The notes under the pieces: model-generated
What the model was told of the DNA's origin: nothing
Seen by the model: only the letters and a program-made list of their open reading frames with translations
Database searches by the model: none
NCBI GenBank assembly: GCA_021498095.1
Contig: JAIZWK010000001.1
Span: forward strand, 3,780,001 to 3,812,000
DNA length: 32,000 nucleotides
Reading direction: 5' to 3'
Origin: Candidatus Harpocratesius repetitus
Lineage (GTDB): Archaea; Asgardarchaeota; Lokiarchaeia; Sigyniarchaeales; Promethearchaeaceae
Shown here: piece after piece, positions 26,524 to 32,000 of the stretch
Numbering within the stretch: position 1 is the stretch's first letter
Layout of the letters: every line of letters begins with the position of its first letter
Program-made: the position numbers and the translations under genes

Positions 26524-28089
26524 ATGGCGAAGAAGAAAAAAAAAGCCGTAGTCGATCATGATGATATATCAGCGAAAGATTTAGGTATTACTCCAGAAAA
26601 GAAAGAAACTAAAAAATCCACTAAAAAAACAACCTCGAAGAAGAAAAGCACGAAAAAAACTACTACAAAGAAATCTACATCGAAAAAATCGAGTGTAAAA
26701 AAAACTAGTGCAAAAAAGACTTCTGTAAAAAAGTCAACTTCGAAATCTAAAAAATCATCCTCAAAAAGAGCTTCAGTAACTAAGAAATCAACACGTAAAA
26801 AAACAGCAAAAAAGATTACTAAAAAACAAGAATTCATTCAAAGTTCCTGCAATGTGGGTTTAGTAGGACATGTAGATCATGGAAAGACCACATTGGTAAA
26901 ATCACTCTCTGGAACTTGGACTGAACGCTACAGTGATGAACAAAATCGTGGAATTACAATTAAACTTGGTTATGCAGAAACTGTTATTTTAGAATGTCCT
27001 AATTGTCATTTATTAATATCTGAGAATCTCGCGAACAAAGCAAGAAAAAGTAAGAAAGATCCCAAAGGGATGTGTCCGAATTGTCAAATTCCTTTGGAAT
27101 TTAGAAGACGGTTAAGTTTTGTTGATGCTCCAGGTCATGAAATCCTTATGGCAACTATGCTTTCAGGTGCATCATTAATGGATGGTGCTATTCTTTTAGT
27201 AGCCGCAAATGAAGATTGTCCCCAACCTCAAACACGTGAACACTTGGCTGCTTTAGAAATTGCAAAAATTGAAAATATTATCATTGTTCAAAATAAAATT
27301 GATTCAGTAGGTAGAGAACGTACTTTAGAACATTATCGACAAATTAAAGCATTTGTTAAGGGAACAATTGCAGAAAATGCACCAATTATCCCTGTTTCAG
27401 CGATATTTGATGCAAATGTGGATAAGGTAATCGAAGCAATTGAAGAATACATCCCTTCTCCAGAATTAGATGACGAGTCAGATTTTCTGTTTAATGTAGC
27501 TCGATCTTTTGATGTAAATCGACCAGGAACAAAAATTGATGAATTAAAAGGTGGAGTTATTGGGGGTAGTATTATATCTGGAGTAGTCCACGTTGGAGAT
27601 GAAATCGAAATTCGCCCAGGAATCAAAGATCCAGAAACGGGTAAATATCGTCCAGTAATTACTAAAGTTGCTTCAATTTATGAAAGCTCTCATTCATTAG
27701 AGAGTGCTCGACCAGGTGGTTTAATTGCATTTGGAACACTTCTTGATCCTGCAACTACTCGAACCGATCAACTTATTGGAAGTGTAGTTGGTGCTGTTGG
27801 AACTTTACCAGAAATAAAAACTACTATTCAAATTGAAACCCACTTATTAGATACAGTATTAGGTGCAGAAGAAGAGATAAAAGTGCAACCAATTAAAAAT
27901 AATGAATTATTGATGATTGTTGTTGGTACTTCTCTCTCAGCTGGTATTGTTACAAAAATTGGGAAGAAAAATGTTATTACCTTAAAATTAAAAAGACCAC
28001 TTTGTGCAATGGAAGGATCAATTACTGCAATTAGCAGGAGGATTAATAATCGATTCCGGTTAATTGGATACGGTTATTTAATGGAATAA
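26524..28089 (+). CDS. eif2g: Translation initiation factor 2 subunit gamma with Lys-rich N-terminal extension
   Basis: GHVDHGKT, RGITIKLGY, CPNC...CPNC zinc ribbon, DAPGH, QNKID, RSFDVNRPG, ISRRINNRFRLIGYG. ATG at 26524, alternative ATG at 26503. Confidence 0.97.
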   Translation: MAKKKKKAVVDHDDISAKDLGITPEKKETKKSTKKTTSKKKSTKKTTTKKSTSKKSSVKKTSAKKTSVKKSTSKSKKSSSKRASVTKKSTRKKTAKKITKKQEFIQSSCNVGLVGHVDHGKTTLVKSLSGTWTERYSDEQNRGITIKLGYAETVILECPNCHLLISENLANKARKSKKDPKGMCPNCQIPLEFRRRLSFVDAPGHEILMATMLSGASLMDGAILLVAANEDCPQPQTREHLAALEIAKIENIIIVQNKIDSVGRERTLEHYRQIKAFVKGTIAENAPIIPVSAIFDANVDKVIEAIEEYIPSPELDDESDFLFNVARSFDVNRPGTKIDELKGGVIGGSIISGVVHVGDEIEIRPGIKDPETGKYRPVITKVASIYESSHSLESARPGGLIAFGTLLDPATTRTDQLIGSVVGAVGTLPEIKTTIQIETHLLDTVLGAEEEIKVQPIKNNELLMIVVGTSLSAGIVTKIGKKNVITLKLKRPLCAMEGSITAISRRINNRFRLIGYGYLME

Positions 28090-28157
28090 ATAGATAATTG
28101 AACATATAATTGAGTGAAAAAACACAAAAAAAGGGAACTACATTAAGGAAAATTTAA

Positions 28158-28646
28158 TTACAAATAAAATGAAGCTCCAGGATCATCATCCGAGTCTTCA
28201 TCTTCATCATCATTCTTTTTCTTTTTCTTAAAGAGTTGGTCCATGATATTTTGGGATAATTCATTTAATGTATCTGGATCTAAATCGAAGCCCATATCTT
28301 TTAAGTCTTTCATTTTCCCAAAGGGGACGACTTTTACATCAAATTTAGTATTTTTAAGCTGTTGGGCTTTAATTCTACGCTCTTTTTCGCGATGTGCCAA
28401 GTTTCTCTTTATTTCTTTAGCATGTTTTTTATAGAGAAGATCAATAATTGTTTGAATTAGCTGTTTTTCTAATTCTTCTGCTTCTAGCAGCAATAATTCA
28501 TCGGCGTTATATTTTTTTTCAAGAATTTGGATGGCTTCATCAATTGTAGCATGATTTGGAGTTATGGTCGTATTTCTCCGCACTTTATCAGATACAATTG
28601 CCCAATTAATTATCGCCCAAATGGGGGATCGGGAATTATCATTCAT
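28158..28646 (-). CDS. Hypothetical helical protein with acidic tail ending in FYL
   Basis: 162-aa ATG-started ORF; ends KKKKKNDDEDEDSDDDPGASFYL. Confidence 0.75.
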   Translation of the reverse strand: MNDNSRSPIWAIINWAIVSDKVRRNTTITPNHATIDEAIQILEKKYNADELLLLEAEELEKQLIQTIIDLLYKKHAKEIKRNLAHREKERRIKAQQLKNTKFDVKVVPFGKMKDLKDMGFDLDPDTLNELSQNIMDQLFKKKKKNDDEDEDSDDDPGASFYL

Positions 28647-29352
28647 AATTTTCGCTAAGTACTAGATCGAATTTTGCTTTTAAAAGTTAAGCATTTAGAA
28701 TAATTCGACTATTTTTAAGGATAAAGGATCAATTAAGAGAAGCCATATTTTTTAAATTATTTCCAAATTATCTTTCAAATATTTATTTTTGGCAACTTAT
28801 TTGAAATTTATATGCAAAGTATGCAGTATTTTAAAGCTTTTGACAAGGAAAAGCAGGAATATGCATAAATTGATATTTTTTATAAAACTCTCAAACTGGC
28901 AAAAAATATACTTTCCGCAGTTACAGTTGCTATCAAGAAAATACAAGACTATGTGTGCAAAAGTTATATCTATTTATCCTGCGGAGAATATAAATAGGGT
29001 GATATAGACTCGCGTGCATTTAACTGTTCCTAAAACACATGAAGGTTTAGTATAGTGACTTCGGGCATAAATTACAATCACAAATAAACCCGAAATCTTA
29101 TGAATTACCATTGTTCCACACCGATTTTGCCCAAAAATTCTATTTAATGTATAGAACAATTCAATAATTAAACGATTATTTCAATTAAACGAAAAATGGG
29201 GGAAAAAAATTCAAACCAAGGTGTCAATGAATTGATTCTTCGTAATTAAAAATAGCCAATAATTCTACTTTTTTGAAAAAATTATCTTAATTTTAAAGTT
29301 AAGCGGTATTTAATATTGTAAAAAGTAATCTTATTCTTTCAAGTGGATTATC

Positions 29353-30384
29353 ATGGCAATACTTAAGCACCAGGGGGAAATTTCCCCTAATTTATATATG
29401 ATTGACACAATGCAGTTTAATGTTTCTCATATAACAACTGTTTTCTGCTATTACGATGGAAAAAATGCATTACTGATGGATATTGGAACAACTGATAATG
29501 TTCAAAATGTATTGAGAAATCTGAAAAAATTTAAAATTCCCATTGAACATTTGAGAGGAATTGCATTAACCCACTATCATTTTGATCATGCTGGTGGTGC
29601 CACTAAATTATGGAAGAAATTGCATAAGAAAAATCTTGATTTTAAGATATATACCACAAAGATTACAAAAGAAAAACTTCAAAATGCAAATTCTCATGTA
29701 ACGGGCGCTACAACAACTTTCGGTGAATTTGTTGGAACTATGAAGCCAATCCCAAAAGAATTTGAAGAAGAAGCCTTTATAATCTTAGATCAAAATAATA
29801 GAGATAAAAATCGTGATAATAAAATTCCAATTGAATTTGAATCAAATGTAGAAATCAAACTTATTCCTTCTCCAGGACACAGTCCAGATCACGTGTGTCC
29901 TGCAGTATTCACAAATTCTTCCAAATCTCCCGATTTTCTTTTTGGAGGAGAAGCTGTGGGTACTTTTTACAATGAAACTCAGTTAATATCTGCATCAACT
30001 TCCATGCCTCCAAATTTTCAGTACGAAATTTATTTGGAATCACTTAAAAATATTGCAAAAATTAATCCAGAAATACTAGGAGTATGCCACTATGGTGCTA
30101 TAAGTGGAAAATCCGATGTGCAATATTATTTAGATGATCAAATTAAATACATGGAAGATTTACGAAAAGCAATAATAAAACATTATGCAGAGGAACCCAG
30201 TGTGCGCTATGTTATTGAAGAATTGAAGAAAGATCAACTTCATATAAAAAATAGGATAGGAAACCGATTTACAAATGATCCAGTTAGTGAAAGATTTCTC
30301 AACAATCTTCAATTGGCTTTAACTTATGGTATAATGATTGATCTTGGATATAGAAATTCAAAATATGAAAAAAGAAGCGTTTAG
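29353..30384 (+). CDS. MBL-fold metallo-hydrolase
   Basis: THYHFDHAG (HxHxDH), PGHSPDH, GGEA, CHYG. Confidence 0.92.
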   Translation: MAILKHQGEISPNLYMIDTMQFNVSHITTVFCYYDGKNALLMDIGTTDNVQNVLRNLKKFKIPIEHLRGIALTHYHFDHAGGATKLWKKLHKKNLDFKIYTTKITKEKLQNANSHVTGATTTFGEFVGTMKPIPKEFEEEAFIILDQNNRDKNRDNKIPIEFESNVEIKLIPSPGHSPDHVCPAVFTNSSKSPDFLFGGEAVGTFYNETQLISASTSMPPNFQYEIYLESLKNIAKINPEILGVCHYGAISGKSDVQYYLDDQIKYMEDLRKAIIKHYAEEPSVRYVIEELKKDQLHIKNRIGNRFTNDPVSERFLNNLQLALTYGIMIDLGYRNSKYEKRSV

Positions 30385-30407
30385 ACGCAGATCAACAATT
30401 TATGAAT

Positions 30408-32000
30408 CTATTTCATTTGCAAAATAATTTCATCTATAATATCTTGAAAATTCAAGTCTGAATTTGAAAAGAAGCATTGAACTGAAGCTTTTTTGCCTCC
30501 ACCTTTACCTTGAAATTTCTCAATAACAGGTTTAAAGTATGCAGTTAAATCAATATCTGGGGAGTTTTCATTGCGTAATGCAATGACATTCCACCCTTTT
30601 GCACTCTGACCCCCAAGAATTACAATGAGGTTTTTTTCTTTTTTTAAGAGTTTTTTAGCAAGATTAATGAGTAATTTATTATCCACCTCTTTATAATAAG
30701 CAGAAATAAGAGAGCATTTGGAAAGTTCTTGAATTGAGTTTAATAAATCTTGAATATTCTTTTCTCCCATAATTTGACTGATTTTTTGAATATTTTGCTT
30801 CATTGTTTCCCATTCTTGCTTAAATTTCTGAATTCTTGTAACTAAGCTTTCAATGGAACTTCCAAGTTCTTTACTTAATATTTTAAGGGGATCTTCATCC
30901 GAAGGATTAAATTCAGATAATTCTAAGGCAGATGGTTCAACTACTCCTTTATTTTTTGCTTTTCTTAATTGTTTCCATTTGTAAATCAATTCACGACAAC
31001 GAGTAATCAAGTTTTCTTCAGATGTTTCAAGAATTTCAGATAATTTATGTCGAATTTCAGAATAATGGGCTAGTAATTTTTCAGTGGCTTCTCCTGCAGT
31101 AAAAGTTAATCTAACAATTCCATCTTGAATTTTTTGAGACTTTATAATCTTTATTCTTCCAATCTCAGCAGTGTTATTTACATGTGTACCTCCACAAGCT
31201 TCGATGTCCACCTCTGGAATTTCAACAATCCTTAGTTTTTGACCTGGAACTGCCCCACCTTGATATAATCCCATCCCATAATTTTCTTCTGCTTCAGTTC
31301 TTTCCATAAATCGATGATCTAATTTAATTTCCTTTTGGACTATTTCATTAGCTTTTTCTTCTATTCGATGAAGGTCTTCTTCAGAAATATTTTCAAAATG
31401 GGTTATATCCAAATGTGCTTTTTCAAGAGTCTTCTTAGCACCTGCTTGGTTAATATGATTTCCTAAAACGGCTCTTGCGGCAGCATTCACAACATGAGTG
31501 GCACTATGATGAAAAGTAAGAAGATTTCTGCGATTTTGATCAATTTTTACTTGAACTTTATCTCCTTCTTTAAAATTGGGAGGTTTATTAAGAATATGCA
31601 CTATTGTATGTCCAAGAGTAATGACATCTTTAAATGGAACACCATTTATCCATCCATTGTCGTGCAACTGCCCACCAGAAGTCGGATAGGCACAACTTTG
31701 GTCCAAAATTACAGCCCAAGCATCTTGTTTTCGATTAGTTTTCGATTCATTTTCATTTTCATTTTTATTATCATTTTCTTCATCAGAAAATTCATGATTA
31801 ATTGGTTGAATCATTAATACTTTTGCAGAATTTTCATATTTTCGATAATCATCATAATATAATCGTTTGGTTGGTGGAAGATTATCAATAGAAATGTCAA
31901 GAGCTTTATGTGTGGCATGAATTTGTGAGACTTGTTCATGTAAAGCAATTACTTTCTTATAAAAATCATCAGGGATTTCAATGTTTATTCCACGCTTTTT
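30408..32000 (-). CDS. alaS: Alanyl-tRNA synthetase, C-terminal part (5'-truncated by window edge)
   Basis: The frame is open to the window end (KKRGINIEIPDDFYKK...TKRLYYDD). YPTSGGQLHD, editing motifs HHSATH and CGGTH, C-Ala GKGGGK. Confidence 0.95.
   Translation of the reverse strand, partial: KKRGINIEIPDDFYKKVIALHEQVSQIHATHKALDISIDNLPPTKRLYYDDYRKYENSAKVLMIQPINHEFSDEENDNKNENENESKTNRKQDAWAVILDQSCAYPTSGGQLHDNGWINGVPFKDVITLGHTIVHILNKPPNFKEGDKVQVKIDQNRRNLLTFHHSATHVVNAAARAVLGNHINQAGAKKTLEKAHLDITHFENISEEDLHRIEEKANEIVQKEIKLDHRFMERTEAEENYGMGLYQGGAVPGQKLRIVEIPEVDIEACGGTHVNNTAEIGRIKIIKSQKIQDGIVRLTFTAGEATEKLLAHYSEIRHKLSEILETSEENLITRCRELIYKWKQLRKAKNKGVVEPSALELSEFNPSDEDPLKILSKELGSSIESLVTRIQKFKQEWETMKQNIQKISQIMGEKNIQDLLNSIQELSKCSLISAYYKEVDNKLLINLAKKLLKKEKNLIVILGGQSAKGWNVIALRNENSPDIDLTAYFKPVIEKFQGKGGGKKASVQCFFSNSDLNFQDIIDEIILQMK

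Noticed and set aside
26556-26837. Phe/Val-rich antisense ORF that looks like a membrane protein
   Set aside because: It is the mirror of the Lys-codon repeats of the eIF2-gamma tail.
29084-29125. tRNA-like 5' half on the minus strand (UGGAACAAUGGUAAUUCA D-arm-like segment, UUUCGGG loop with UCG)
   Set aside because: No T-arm with GTTCRA and no acceptor-stem partner downstream; two of five anticodon-stem pairs fail; the UUCGGG/CCCGAA helix is continuous rather than bulge-helix-bulge. tRNAscan-SE in archaeal mode would settle it.
28789-29159. Small ORFs 28789-29007 (+) and 28974-29159 (-) in the 700-bp intergenic gap
   Set aside because: TTG starts, no recognisable motif, mutual overlap; could be a decayed gene remnant but this is not supportable.
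947-31817. Remaining short overlapping ORFs in the track (e.g. 947, 2095, 4181, 4198, 4261, 9108, 12456, 13025, 13060, 14480, 14605, 17878, 18325, 19634, 20667, 20846, 21893, 22568, 27333, 28243, 31494)
   Set aside because: They overlap well-supported genes in other frames or strands and show no family motifs; treated as shadow ORFs.

Overview
AT-rich archaeal window, most consistent with an Asgard archaeon of the Lokiarchaeia type. The evidence is archaeal informational genes (Sm-rpl37e pair, a/eIF2-gamma with zinc ribbon, archaeal-type AlaRS), SepF, LRR, HEAT and FG-GAP proteins, and a selenoprotein gene with a eukaryote-like 3'UTR SECIS; taxonomy is inferred, not searched. It is mainly housekeeping and metabolic genes, with these notable items. 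(1) selD is mis-called in the ORF track: it extends 5' through an in-frame UGA (LHG-U-SCKLP, 23291-23293) and has a eukaryote-like SECIS hairpin 31 nt after its stop. (2) A complete IS element (11861-13343; 13-bp TIRs, 7-bp TSD ACTGTAA) sits in what was a 28-bp gap between an LRR gene and ksgA. (3) A 963-aa protein combines HEAT repeats, a helical region, a PCI-like winged helix and an adaptin-ear-like beta-sandwich. (4) The divergently transcribed eIF2-gamma has a ~100-aa Lys/Ser/Thr pentapeptide N-terminal tail. (5) An unknown protein ends in an acidic linker plus a HbYX-type motif (FYL). (6) A TIGR03916/TIGR03915-like radical SAM DNA-repair cassette is present. (7) A GPH sugar transporter is broken by an internal deletion. 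(8) A 10-bp phased T-tract tandem repeat lies between the ABC transporter and selD. The first and last genes run off the window edges. No CRISPR array, rRNA or complete tRNA was found.
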